Of a DNA stretch of 64,000 bases, positions 8,579-17,774 are shown piece by piece (positions within the stretch are counted from its first letter, which is position 1; each line of letters begins with the position of its first letter). The position numbers and the translations under genes were made by a program. Source of the stretch: Clostridia bacterium (lineage in GTDB: Bacteria > Bacillota > Clostridia > Christensenellales > UBA1242); the NCBI GenBank assembly GCA_017409005.1, contig JAFQTP010000002.1, forward strand, positions 249,159 to 313,158, given 5' to 3'. Under the pieces are notes generated by a model. It ran no database searches, had not been told where the DNA came from, and saw only the letters and a program-made list of their open reading frames with translations.

Positions 8579-9520
8579 ATGAACGAATATACAATAAATG
8601 AAAACATTGCAAGAACTGCAAAAGAATTAAATAGTTTTAGTGATTATAAAGAAAATTCTGCTACAAACAATTATAGAAATTACCTAAAAAGATTTGAAGA
8701 AAATGTTAAAGAGTTAATGGAAGAATATCCAGAAAATATCAATGAAGAAGCGTTGCGACTTATTAAGTATTACAAAGATAGATATTCAAAGAAATTAGCA
8801 TTTGCAATAAATAAAAGCAACAGCATTGAAGCTAGAATGCCAAGTATTATGATTTCTGGCGCTGGAAATTTTAATTTTAGAAAGAAAGAAAAACAAAACC
8901 AAGCCAGAGATAGTTTTTGGAAAGAATATGGCGACTTATTCAATGAAGATAACTATTACTTTAACAAGATACGAACAATCATTACAAATAAAGTTATTTA
9001 TAGTGATGATGCACTTGCTATTGAAAAATTAGAAGCAAAAATTGACAGTTTAACTGAATATCAAAACAAAATGAAAAATGTAAATGCTTACTATAAGAAA
9101 AACAAAACATTAGATGGTTGCGAACTATTAAATGAAAACGAAATTAAAGAATTAAAAGAAAAGTTAGTTATGTTTCACTATTATAATCAGCCTTACCCAT
9201 CATTTGAACTCACAAATAACAACCAAAATTTGCACAGATTACAAGATAGATTAGAAAATTTAAAGAAATTAAAAAAACGTGCAAATACTGAAAATGAAAA
9301 CAAATACATAAAAGTTGAAGGATTAGAAGTTGTTGAAGATGCGACCGATATGAGAATAAGAATTATATTTGATGAAATTCCAAATGAACAAATAAGAACT
9401 TTATTAAAAAGATATGGCTTCAAATGGAGTCCAAAAAATAGTGCTTGGCAAAGACAACTTACAAGCAATGGCATTTATGCAACAAAAAGAGTTTTAGAAA
9501 AATTAAAGGAGCAAAAATAA
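8579..9520 (+). CDS. DUF3560-like protein
   Basis: 313 aa with RBS AAGGAG. MPSIMISGAGNFNFRKKEKQ and the C-terminal RYGFKWSPKNSAWQRQ resemble DUF3560 proteins of conjugative and integrative elements. This is from memory, not a search. Confidence 0.45.
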   Translation: MNEYTINENIARTAKELNSFSDYKENSATNNYRNYLKRFEENVKELMEEYPENINEEALRLIKYYKDRYSKKLAFAINKSNSIEARMPSIMISGAGNFNFRKKEKQNQARDSFWKEYGDLFNEDNYYFNKIRTIITNKVIYSDDALAIEKLEAKIDSLTEYQNKMKNVNAYYKKNKTLDGCELLNENEIKELKEKLVMFHYYNQPYPSFELTNNNQNLHRLQDRLENLKKLKKRANTENENKYIKVEGLEVVEDATDMRIRIIFDEIPNEQIRTLLKRYGFKWSPKNSAWQRQLTSNGIYATKRVLEKLKEQK

Positions 9521-9521
9521 T

Positions 9522-10460
9522 ATGAATGTAAAAGAAAAACTAAAAGATTTTTTAAATAACAATCAAACAAGAGAATTATGGCTTAATAGAAAAGATTTTA
9601 AGCCAACAAATTATGATGACATTATTAGATTGATAAAAATACCTTTCGGAAGATTTGACTATATTTACGGAATGGAAAACATTAGAAATAATAAACCTAC
9701 TCATTATAGCAACCCTTCGTTTTGTGGGATTATTGATACAAAAGATAATCAGTTATATGTAATTTCATATAATCTAACGCAAGTTGATCAAGATATTAAA
9801 TACACTTCAAGCAGTGCTTTAAATGAAAAGTTAAAAGAAATGTTATTACAAGCGTATGAAAAATTTGCAGAAACTGTTGAAGATGATTTAACAGAAGATG
9901 CTATTTATTACAACAGAAGAAATGCTGAAGATGACTACTACTATAATAGAAGGAACTTTTATCAATATACTCTTGGAATTAGCGAAAAAGAGATAGAAGA
10001 ACTTATAACATTTGTTGAAAACCCTACTGAATATGTAGACTTGTATATTAAAATGCTTGAATTAGATAAAAATAAACTTACACGACATATTAAGGAATGT
10101 AAATTACAAAGAAGATTAGCAAATTTATACTACAACGAAATTGAAACAAAACCTGAATATCATTATTTAAGATTGGCAAGAAAACTAAACGCTTCAATCC
10201 CAGAGAATGCAAAAACTGTCAATCTTTTTTACAAGCTTGATAATGGTGAAATAATGGAATGTAAATTTGAAGTATCTGGACTGAATTATGCCCCTTATGA
10301 TAAAGGCGAAAACTTGCATTTCAGTTATTTTAATTTAGATAAACAAGCAAGAGATAAATTAGAACAAGCAAATGGTAAAAAATACGATAATGTTTACATT
10401 AGAAACATAATGAAAGCTACATATAAAGGCAAAACTATTTATGAAAAGGAAGAAAAATAA
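9522..10460 (+). CDS. hypothetical protein
   Basis: 312 aa with RBS AAGGAG. No motif recognised. Confidence 0.6.
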   Translation: MNVKEKLKDFLNNNQTRELWLNRKDFKPTNYDDIIRLIKIPFGRFDYIYGMENIRNNKPTHYSNPSFCGIIDTKDNQLYVISYNLTQVDQDIKYTSSSALNEKLKEMLLQAYEKFAETVEDDLTEDAIYYNRRNAEDDYYYNRRNFYQYTLGISEKEIEELITFVENPTEYVDLYIKMLELDKNKLTRHIKECKLQRRLANLYYNEIETKPEYHYLRLARKLNASIPENAKTVNLFYKLDNGEIMECKFEVSGLNYAPYDKGENLHFSYFNLDKQARDKLEQANGKKYDNVYIRNIMKATYKGKTIYEKEEK

Positions 10461-10461
10461 A

Positions 10462-10716
10462 ATGAGAAATACGAAAGAATTAAAACCAATTTTAACAGCA
10501 CTATATTGTATAAATCAATGTGGTGCAAATGATATAGATATTAGAACACTTTGTGAATATGTTTTTAATAGAATTTTTGGAGGTTCAGCAAATATACTTG
10601 CATTATGTTGTTGTGGAAAAACAAAAGAAGAAATACTTTTAGAACTTGAACCAGTGTTAAAAGATACAAAATATAAAGAATATAAGGAAATGAGAGATGA
10701 ACATAGAAGACAATAA
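10462..10716 (+). CDS. hypothetical Cys-rich small protein
   Basis: Start trimmed to MRNTKEL (ATG 10462) behind AAGGAAG. 84 aa. Confidence 0.5.
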   Translation: MRNTKELKPILTALYCINQCGANDIDIRTLCEYVFNRIFGGSANILALCCCGKTKEEILLELEPVLKDTKYKEYKEMRDEHRRQ

Positions 10717-10966
10717 ATATGGATATAAAGTTTGTTATCAAAAAGATAATGAAAAACTGAAAAGGCATTTAGTTACTAACTCATATGATTTAGCAAAATG
10801 GGAAATTGAGAGATATGAAAAATCTCCACCTATAGACAAACAAAATCGCATTTTAGATAATGTGAAATGGTATATATTACCTGTAAAAACTTATTTTGAA
10901 TATTCAATACTTTGGAGAGGTTGTCCTTTTAGGGATTACCTCTCTGATTTTATTAAAAGGAGTTAA
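10697..10966 (+). CDS. hypothetical protein
   Basis: 89-aa ORF overlapping the previous gene by 20 nt. Weak RBS. Confidence 0.45.
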   Translation: MNIEDNKYGYKVCYQKDNEKLKRHLVTNSYDLAKWEIERYEKSPPIDKQNRILDNVKWYILPVKTYFEYSILWRGCPFRDYLSDFIKRS

Positions 10967-10968
10967 CA

Positions 10969-11643
10969 ATGATTAAGTTAGATTTAGAAACTAAAAATGA
11001 AGCTGAAAAAAGAATAAAAGATTATTTAGAAAACAATGTCAGCGAAATATTAGCAGAAAAAATCAATAACGGTGTTCATATAACCAAAGATGAAAAGATT
11101 TTAATCAATAAAAAGACACTATCTGGGTTTATGAAATACGCAGGAAGTGAAGCTAAAAAACTCGCAGAAAAAGGAGCAAATTTTGCTTGTATTGAAGATA
11201 TCACTGTTTATGGTTGGGCTATTCACTACTTTGAAGAAGAAAGTATTGAAGGCAATCTATATAACGAAGATGGAAGCGAATATAAAGTTGAAGTTAAAAC
11301 AACACCAAAACCTGCTCCAAAAGTTGAAAAACCAAAGAAAGAAAACAATCAACAAACACTATTTGATTTAATGAATTTCTGTGATGATGAACCTGAAAAA
11401 GAAGAACTTGAAGAACCACCTATTGAATATGACGAAGTTGAAGATTCTGATAATGATATAGACGACTTTACAGAAGAAGAAATTGAAGAAGCATTAGAAA
11501 TTGTTGCTGAAGAAACAAAACCTGTCGCAGACCTTCAAATTGACACTGAAACAGGCGAAATTAAGCCACAAACAAGTTCGTTTGATAAAGAAACAATGAT
11601 AATGCTTTATAGCTTATTAGATGGTAAAATGGAGGTTAAATAA
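10969..11643 (+). CDS. PcfK-like / AcrIIA9-family-like protein
   Basis: 224 aa. The N-terminal part (EKRIKDYLENN ... FMKYAGSEAKKLAEKGANFACIEDITVYGWAIHYFEEESIEG) resembles PcfK-like proteins. The C-terminal half is very acidic. It sits immediately upstream of a PcfJ-like gene, as in known elements. Confidence 0.45.
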   Translation: MIKLDLETKNEAEKRIKDYLENNVSEILAEKINNGVHITKDEKILINKKTLSGFMKYAGSEAKKLAEKGANFACIEDITVYGWAIHYFEEESIEGNLYNEDGSEYKVEVKTTPKPAPKVEKPKKENNQQTLFDLMNFCDDEPEKEELEEPPIEYDEVEDSDNDIDDFTEEEIEEALEIVAEETKPVADLQIDTETGEIKPQTSSFDKETMIMLYSLLDGKMEVK

Positions 11644-12957
11644 ATGATTACAGAAAAGAATATAAGAAAAATACCAAAGTATATAATTGAGTTAATAAAA
11701 CAAAAAGATAAAAATAAAAAGCAAGATGGAAATACAAGATTTTACAAGTATTTCACTAAATACAATAATGAATTGTGTGAAGTTACAGTTGCTGTTAGAA
11801 ACTATTACAAAAAATGGTTTTGCAAACAAGTTATTGTTCACGGCATACACTCGGATAAATGCTATTTACAAGATATTATGAGAGTTATGTCTTATTACAA
11901 AGTTGGTTGGTATCGTGAAGGAATATCAAGATATCCTAAATATCAAGATTATGATTGGGGTTGGCAATATGATAACTACTTCAATATGACTGAACCTGAA
12001 ATTGTAAACAAAGATTACATACTCACTTTACCAGAATATAAATACTCGGCAATAGACAAATATGATTATTGCAACACATTAAAATACTTACGCTTTTATG
12101 AAAAATATCCACAAGCTGAATTGTTGGTTAAAATTGGTTTATCAAATCTTGCAACAAGTAAACAAATCTTACAGAAATGTGCAAAAGATAAAAGTTTTTG
12201 CAAGTGGATATATAAAAACCAAGAAGAACTTAAAAAGCATAATTGCTATATATCTTCTATTATCAGAGCATACAACAAAAATTGCTCAATAAAAGAAATT
12301 TACGACTATGATAGATTCAACCTTGAATTTAGTCGTGAAGGCAACTTTACTAGACTTAAAGCAATGTTAAAAGAAAATGAGAAAGAAACTTTCTTAAAAT
12401 ACATAGTAAAACAAAAAACTAATGGATATAGCTATATAGATTACTTAAACGCTTGTGAGTATTTAGGTTTAGATATGAACGAAGAAAAACATAGATATCC
12501 ACATAATTTCAAGAAGTGGCACGATATTAGGATTGATCAATATCACACACAAAAAGCCATAGAAGATGAAAAAGCAAGAAAGGAACTATATAATAAATTC
12601 AAAAACGTTGCTGATAAGTATTTATCACTTGAACGACTTTTAGTAAAAGATGATTATGTTTGTTTAATTGCAAAAAGTCCAGCACAACTGATATTTGAAG
12701 GCGAACAACTAAATCACTGTGTAGGAAGAATGGGCTATGACCAAAAATTCATAAGAGAAGAGACTTTAATATTCTTTATACGAAATAGATTAGAACCAAA
12801 CACACCTTTCGTTACACTTGAATATTCGCTTAAAAATCATAAAGTTTTACAATGCTACGCTTATGGTGATACAAGACCAGCAGAACAAGTTTTAGAATTT
12901 GTTAATAAAACTTGGCTACCATACGCAAATAGAAAAATAAAAAAATTAGCTGTTTAG
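11644..12957 (+). CDS. PcfJ-like protein
   Basis: 437 aa. The C-terminal EGEQLNHCVGRMGY motif and the pairing with a PcfK-like gene support the call. Confidence 0.5.
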   Translation: MITEKNIRKIPKYIIELIKQKDKNKKQDGNTRFYKYFTKYNNELCEVTVAVRNYYKKWFCKQVIVHGIHSDKCYLQDIMRVMSYYKVGWYREGISRYPKYQDYDWGWQYDNYFNMTEPEIVNKDYILTLPEYKYSAIDKYDYCNTLKYLRFYEKYPQAELLVKIGLSNLATSKQILQKCAKDKSFCKWIYKNQEELKKHNCYISSIIRAYNKNCSIKEIYDYDRFNLEFSREGNFTRLKAMLKENEKETFLKYIVKQKTNGYSYIDYLNACEYLGLDMNEEKHRYPHNFKKWHDIRIDQYHTQKAIEDEKARKELYNKFKNVADKYLSLERLLVKDDYVCLIAKSPAQLIFEGEQLNHCVGRMGYDQKFIREETLIFFIRNRLEPNTPFVTLEYSLKNHKVLQCYAYGDTRPAEQVLEFVNKTWLPYANRKIKKLAV

Positions 12958-12969
12958 GAGGAAATAAAA

Positions 12970-13281
12970 ATGACTAATTATTATAGAATTACTGGCTATT
13001 GGCCAGAAAACGATTGCTGTTTTATAATGGACTCAAATGGAATGTTTGAAAAATTATGGCAATTCAGTTCTTACTTAATCTCAAAGGGATTAAAAGTATT
13101 AAAAGTTTCAAAAATAGAAAATGTGCTTGATATCAACATTGATAAAGTTCAATACGATACCGAGCACATTTTTTTAAGAGCAAATGCAGATGGTGAACCT
13201 GAATTTGTAAATCATGCAATAGATGGTATTACTTATCCAGCAGTTAAAGTTGCAGATAAATTATATATAATAAAGGAGTAA
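12970..13281 (+). CDS. hypothetical protein
   Basis: 103 aa with RBS TAGGAGG. Confidence 0.6.
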   Translation: MTNYYRITGYWPENDCCFIMDSNGMFEKLWQFSSYLISKGLKVLKVSKIENVLDINIDKVQYDTEHIFLRANADGEPEFVNHAIDGITYPAVKVADKLYIIKE

Positions 13282-13286
13282 AATGT

Positions 13287-13547
13287 ATGAATATATTAAA
13301 ACAATTATATTATGGCAATATTGCCGAAATTCATAGAAAATTGCCTAATAAAAATAAAGATTTGGAATTAAAACTATATGAAGAATTGAAAGATAAATTA
13401 AACGAAGAACAACTTAAACTATTTATAAAATATATTGATATATATGGCAAAAGAATGGATAAAGCATTAGAAGATAAATATATTCAAGGATTTAAAACAG
13501 GTCTTTTGATAGGTATGGAAACAAAGAAACTAAATTTAGATATATAA
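13287..13547 (+). CDS. hypothetical small helical protein
   Basis: 86 aa with RBS AAGGAG. The LYYGNIAE start is reminiscent of small proteins common on Firmicute mobile elements. Confidence 0.55.
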   Translation: MNILKQLYYGNIAEIHRKLPNKNKDLELKLYEELKDKLNEEQLKLFIKYIDIYGKRMDKALEDKYIQGFKTGLLIGMETKKLNLDI

Positions 13548-13552
13548 AACAT

Positions 13553-13584
13553 AAGCCAGGAGTGAAAACTCTTGGCTTTTTTTA
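13553..13584 (+). terminator. intrinsic terminator closing the plus-strand block
   Basis: aagccagg-agtgaaaact-cttggctt plus a T-run. Confidence 0.65.
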
Positions 13585-13600
13585 TGCTAGTTTAATCAAC

Positions 13601-13637
13601 AAAAAACCTACTAGGTTGTCCTAGTAGGTTTGTTTTT
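13601..13637. terminator. bidirectional intrinsic terminator
   Basis: cctactagg-ttgt-cctagtagg stem flanked by an A-run and a T-run. Confidence 0.75.
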
Positions 13638-14921
13638 TTATTCAACTGTTACTGTTATTTGTCCACTGCTATTGATTTTTACATAGGCTGTGTATAAATC
13701 ATTGCCTTCAGTTAACATTAAAGCATTTTCTCTGCCAAGAAGATCTCTCAATGCGGTATCTAAAACATCAACCCTTGTCGCTGAAGAAATCGGTGTAATA
13801 ATTGCATAATCGCCAGCTTCAAGAGAAATACTTTCAAAATAACTTTTTCCTGCAAATGATGGTGAGTTTGTTATTGCATAAGGGTCACTCGCCTCAAAAG
13901 TTGTAATTAAAACATCAACATCTTTTTCTCCGTCATAGTTATCTATATAACCTTGAGTATTTCTTTGTCTAACATCACTTGTAATTAAAATTGTTTTGCC
14001 TTGATATTCTATAGATATTACAATGGTTGTATCACCCATAGCATCAGAGTGCCAAGTATTGTTTTGACAATCTTCTGTTGATACTGGCAACATAAAATCT
14101 ATTGTGTAAGAATAAGTTGTTGCACTACCACTTTTCTTAAATGAATTGGTTATGTCGCAGTTGTTTTCTGCTACTTCTATCGTATTGCAGGTGTTAGGTA
14201 CATATTGTAAGGCATCTAAATAACAATCGTTAACATAAGAATCATCATGTTGTTGCCCTTCAATTCTTATTACTCTTGGTGTAAATAGGTTGCTTACATT
14301 ATAATTTTGAAGAACATAAGCCATTTCTCCTGTTCTTAAAGGGTTCGTATTTGTCAAAACAAAATAATCAATAGTTGTAACATTATAAACATATGTCAAT
14401 TGATCTTCTATAAGCATTTCAGTTTCAAGATCTGACATACCACTATCTATAAGCATATTTTTGCCATCAGGGAGTAGAACAAGCGTAAACAACCCTCCAC
14501 TTCCTGTATCAAAAGTGATGACTTCTAAATCTCTTACACTATTTACAACCAATGTATTGTCATATCCACAAATAGAGCATATAGTTCCATCGTGGTTTTC
14601 TTTGATTGTTGTTTCTTCACAAATGTCACATTGTTGCCAATGACCAGTGCTGTCATTTAAGTAAGTGTTTCCATATTCGCAAATATGGTTTGTATCATAC
14701 CCACAAACAGAACAAATATCTCCGTCGTGACTAGCCTTATCTTTCTTTTCATCACAACCATCACAAGTTAACCAATGCTCACTACTATTTCTAGACCAAG
14801 TTGTTGACCAATTATGAGTATGGGGATCATCTGGTGGATTGCTTCCACAAGCAGTGAGTGCAAAACTGCAAGGAATTAACAAGCAAATCGCAAGTATAAA
14901 TGATAAGAATTTCTTTTTCAT
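13638..14921 (-). CDS. lipoprotein with duplicated Cys/His-rich module and a degenerate ComEC-type MBL domain
   Basis: 427 aa. Signal peptide with lipobox LTAC-G. The Cys/His module occurs twice (SEHWLTCDGCDEKKDKASHDGDICSVCGYD and TGHWQQCDICEETTIKENHDGTICSICGYD). LLPDGKNMLIDSG and IDYFVLTNTNPLRTGE align with the ComEC-type MBL blocks, but HxHxDH is replaced by NTNPLR. Confidence 0.55.
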   Translation of the reverse strand: MKKKFLSFILAICLLIPCSFALTACGSNPPDDPHTHNWSTTWSRNSSEHWLTCDGCDEKKDKASHDGDICSVCGYDTNHICEYGNTYLNDSTGHWQQCDICEETTIKENHDGTICSICGYDNTLVVNSVRDLEVITFDTGSGGLFTLVLLPDGKNMLIDSGMSDLETEMLIEDQLTYVYNVTTIDYFVLTNTNPLRTGEMAYVLQNYNVSNLFTPRVIRIEGQQHDDSYVNDCYLDALQYVPNTCNTIEVAENNCDITNSFKKSGSATTYSYTIDFMLPVSTEDCQNNTWHSDAMGDTTIVISIEYQGKTILITSDVRQRNTQGYIDNYDGEKDVDVLITTFEASDPYAITNSPSFAGKSYFESISLEAGDYAIITPISSATRVDVLDTALRDLLGRENALMLTEGNDLYTAYVKINSSGQITVTVE

Positions 14922-14986
14922 AAATTACTCCTTTATATTTTTAAGTATAGCATATAATCTTTAATTTTGTTTTCAATTTTTCTAAA

Positions 14987-16354
14987 TTATTTTTTCTTTG
15001 GCAAAATTATTCCTGTTAAATCTGGGCTTGAATTAGACTCAATGAATTTAATAACATCTAATGAATGATAAATCTTAATGCCTTTTTCTCTCATTTTGAT
15101 ATAATCAGCATAATCTGTATAGTAATATTCTATATAGCATTTAACTGCTTTAACATTTATGCTTGAATAAATTTTCCCACCATTTTGTTCTATGTAATTT
15201 TGTATAGCTTTATATTCTTTAACAATTTTTGTATAACTATCTTCGCCACGATTTTTCATTGTAGCATAAAGTAATGTTTCTAAATCAACTTCATCATAAT
15301 AAGGATTTTCGCTAATATCCACATCTTTAAACATTGTAAAATATGGTGGATAAACTCTCGCTTTAACATCGTTCCAATATCTTGAAACACCAACTTTTTT
15401 AAGGTTTTCAAATCCTGCTGGTATTATGTTGTTGTCATTTTTAACAGAACTTATGGAATATCTATCATCTTCATCGTCTATTGAATATTCTTCTACCAAA
15501 TGTTCAAATATTTCTTTACAAGCTCTAACATCACTTAATGCGTTGTGGTGGGATAATGGTATATCAAATGTATCTGCAAGAGTGGTTAATTTTAAATCTC
15601 CAGCTTGATTTGTATAGTTATAATAATATTTTTTCGCTAACTGCATTGTATCAAGATAGCATTGTTGCTTTATTGATAGCCCATATCTTCTTAAATCTTT
15701 CTTAATTACGCTAATATCAAAACTTGCATTATGTGCAATAATAATAGCATCTTCATTTAGGTCTTTTGTAAGTTCTTCCCAAATACAATCAAAAGTGTCG
15801 CAATCTTCAACATCTTCTTCACAAATACCGTGAATTTCTTTATTTTTGGCACTAAAAGAACTATTTGGATTAACTAATGAATATTTTTCAGTTTCAACAC
15901 CATTTTCAACAAGAATTGAACCTATTGAACAAATAGTGTTATTTTGCAAATTTGCAGTTTCCACATCTAAAAACAAATATTGTGTATTTTCTTTGTAAAT
16001 ATCTTTTGCTTGTTTACTTTCACTAACAACAGGGTTAACAACATTTACTCTATTGACAACAGGTTTTACTTCAATAGGTTTTTGCTCAATAATAGGCTTT
16101 ATCTCTTTTGTTGGAGTTTCTTCAATTTTTTCTTCAGGTTTATCTTTATATTTTACTTTCCAAATCGTAAATAAAATAGCAAATACTAATGAAGCCATAA
16201 ACAAAATAACTAAAAAATACTCCCAAGCAGACATATTTTCAGAATCTGTCGGAGATGAACCTATCAAAATAAACGACAATATAAACAAACCCCAACTTGC
16301 TAAAACGGCAATATTTTTACCTTTTTTACTTAAATTTATAAACCAATTTTTCAT
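14987..16354 (-). CDS. membrane-anchored DEDDh 3'-5' exonuclease (DnaQ-like) with BRCT-like C-terminus
   Basis: 455 aa. Two N-terminal TM helices, a K/P/E/I-rich linker, then Exo I FLDVETAN, Exo II AHNASFDISV and Exo III HHNALSDV. The C-terminal NGGKIYSSINVKAV...EKGIKIYHSLDVIKFIE looks BRCT-like. Confidence 0.7.
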   Translation of the reverse strand: MKNWFINLSKKGKNIAVLASWGLFILSFILIGSSPTDSENMSAWEYFLVILFMASLVFAILFTIWKVKYKDKPEEKIEETPTKEIKPIIEQKPIEVKPVVNRVNVVNPVVSESKQAKDIYKENTQYLFLDVETANLQNNTICSIGSILVENGVETEKYSLVNPNSSFSAKNKEIHGICEEDVEDCDTFDCIWEELTKDLNEDAIIIAHNASFDISVIKKDLRRYGLSIKQQCYLDTMQLAKKYYYNYTNQAGDLKLTTLADTFDIPLSHHNALSDVRACKEIFEHLVEEYSIDDEDDRYSISSVKNDNNIIPAGFENLKKVGVSRYWNDVKARVYPPYFTMFKDVDISENPYYDEVDLETLLYATMKNRGEDSYTKIVKEYKAIQNYIEQNGGKIYSSINVKAVKCYIEYYYTDYADYIKMREKGIKIYHSLDVIKFIESNSSPDLTGIILPKKK

Positions 16355-16432
16355 TTGTAACTCCTTATTATAAAAACATTATAACATATAATTAAAAAAT
16401 TAGTGTTATTTCAAACAAATTGATTTGAATTT

Positions 16433-16987
16433 TTATGGCTCAATAATTATAGTTTTCAATCCTTTCTTTTGTGCATTTCTCACTGTATAACCAGTTCCAC
16501 CACCTTTACCATTGTAAAGAGCAATGACAAGTGAGGAATTATTAAGCATATAGTCGTTGCGTTCTAACATACATTTGTCTTGATATGTAGCATATAAACA
16601 ACGGACATTATCACATTTTGCTAATACTTTTTTATATCTCTCAATTTGATATGGTTTCCAAACTTTATACTGGTCTTTACAAGGTAATGCACCAATAAGC
16701 TTTATTTGTGGATATTCTTTTTTTAACTCTAAAATCATTTCAGCAACCATTATATCAAAGCCAAGAGCCATACCAGAAATAAAGTAAATGTATCCTTTAT
16801 TTATTGCATTTATAATTTCTTCTCTTAATCTAACTTTCATAGCCACGCATCTTTCATCGTCCTCGTTTTCACCCCAAGGCAACTTTTGCCATCTATGACC
16901 AGTGAAACAACAAGTGATTTCTCTTAACAGTTCGAATTCTTTCTCACAAACTTTTTTTAATTGTTTAATTTTTTCTAAAAAGCACAT
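16433..16987 (-). CDS. SLOG / DUF1273 (YpsA-like) family protein
   Basis: 184 aa. CCFTGHR, FISGMALGFDIMVAE and IGALPCKDQ blocks are typical of DUF1273. Confidence 0.65.
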   Translation of the reverse strand: MCFLEKIKQLKKVCEKEFELLREITCCFTGHRWQKLPWGENEDDERCVAMKVRLREEIINAINKGYIYFISGMALGFDIMVAEMILELKKEYPQIKLIGALPCKDQYKVWKPYQIERYKKVLAKCDNVRCLYATYQDKCMLERNDYMLNNSSLVIALYNGKGGGTGYTVRNAQKKGLKTIIIEP

Positions 16988-17119
16988 AATAACTCCTATA
17001 TAAGTCGCATTTCCATACTTATTATAACATAAAAAAGTGCAAAATCAAAGAGATTGTCGCATTTGCATACCTATAATTTTGCGACCAGTATGCTAAACTA
17101 TACCTATATAGGAGTTTAT

Positions 17120-17362
17120 ATGAAGGTTAGCAAGGCAATATCTATTAGAATTAGAGAGATATTAAAAGAGAAGAATATAACGCAATATAGGTTAGAAAAA
17201 GAATCTTGTATTCCACACGCAACTATGATGGATATAGTAAATGCAAAGAGAGAAAGTTGTAATGTTAAAACTTTAATACTTATCATTAGAACTCTGGGAA
17301 TAACAGTTTCTGAATTTTTTGACAGCCCTATATTTGAAAGCGAAGATTTGAATTTAGATTAG
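17120..17362 (+). CDS. XRE-family HTH regulator (paralog 1)
   Basis: Start trimmed to MKVSKAI (ATG 17120) behind GGAG. HTH ITQYRLEKESCIPHATMMDIVN. Confidence 0.7.
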   Translation: MKVSKAISIRIREILKEKNITQYRLEKESCIPHATMMDIVNAKRESCNVKTLILIIRTLGITVSEFFDSPIFESEDLNLD

Positions 17363-17415
17363 TAAAAAGCAAAGTTTCTTAAAATAATTGATAAAATTGT
17401 TTTAAGGAGTTTTTT

Positions 17416-17664
17416 ATGCAAAATATAAGCGACTGTATAGCGAAAAGAATAATTGAAATAGCCAAAAGCAAGAATATGAGTATTTACAAACTCGAACTTA
17501 AAGCAGGGATAAGCCATAGCACTATGTGTTGTCTATTAAATGGTAAATATCGTGGTGCGAATATAAGAACTGTATTTTTAATTATTCAAGCATTAGAAAT
17601 ATCTGTATTGGAGTTTTTTGATAGTCCATTATTTAAAGATTTAGACAACATAAATTTAGATTAA
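17416..17664 (+). CDS. XRE-family HTH regulator (paralog 2)
   Basis: 82 aa with RBS AAGGAG. Clearly paralogous to the upstream gene, and both share the tail EFFDSP.F....NLD. Confidence 0.7.
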   Translation: MQNISDCIAKRIIEIAKSKNMSIYKLELKAGISHSTMCCLLNGKYRGANIRTVFLIIQALEISVLEFFDSPLFKDLDNINLD

Positions 17665-17684
17665 AATTTGATTATTTGATTGCA

Positions 17685-17744
17685 GGGCGTGTGCTTGTCT
17701 TGAACAAGTGGTGTCGCTTTGCTCCACCAGACAAGCACACGCCC
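17685..17744. repeat. 60-nt GC-rich perfect-stem hairpin (inverted repeat)
   Basis: gggcgtgtgcttgtct (17685-17700) pairs perfectly with agacaagcacacgccc (17729-17744). Confidence 0.8.
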
Positions 17745-17774
17745 AGAAACGAAACAAAGTTGAAACAAAGCAAT

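Noticed and set aside
11147-12292. Internal alternative-frame ORFs 11147-11371 and 12098-12292
   Set aside because: Both are embedded in the better-supported PcfK-like and PcfJ-like ORFs. They have Lys-rich nonsense composition and no RBS.
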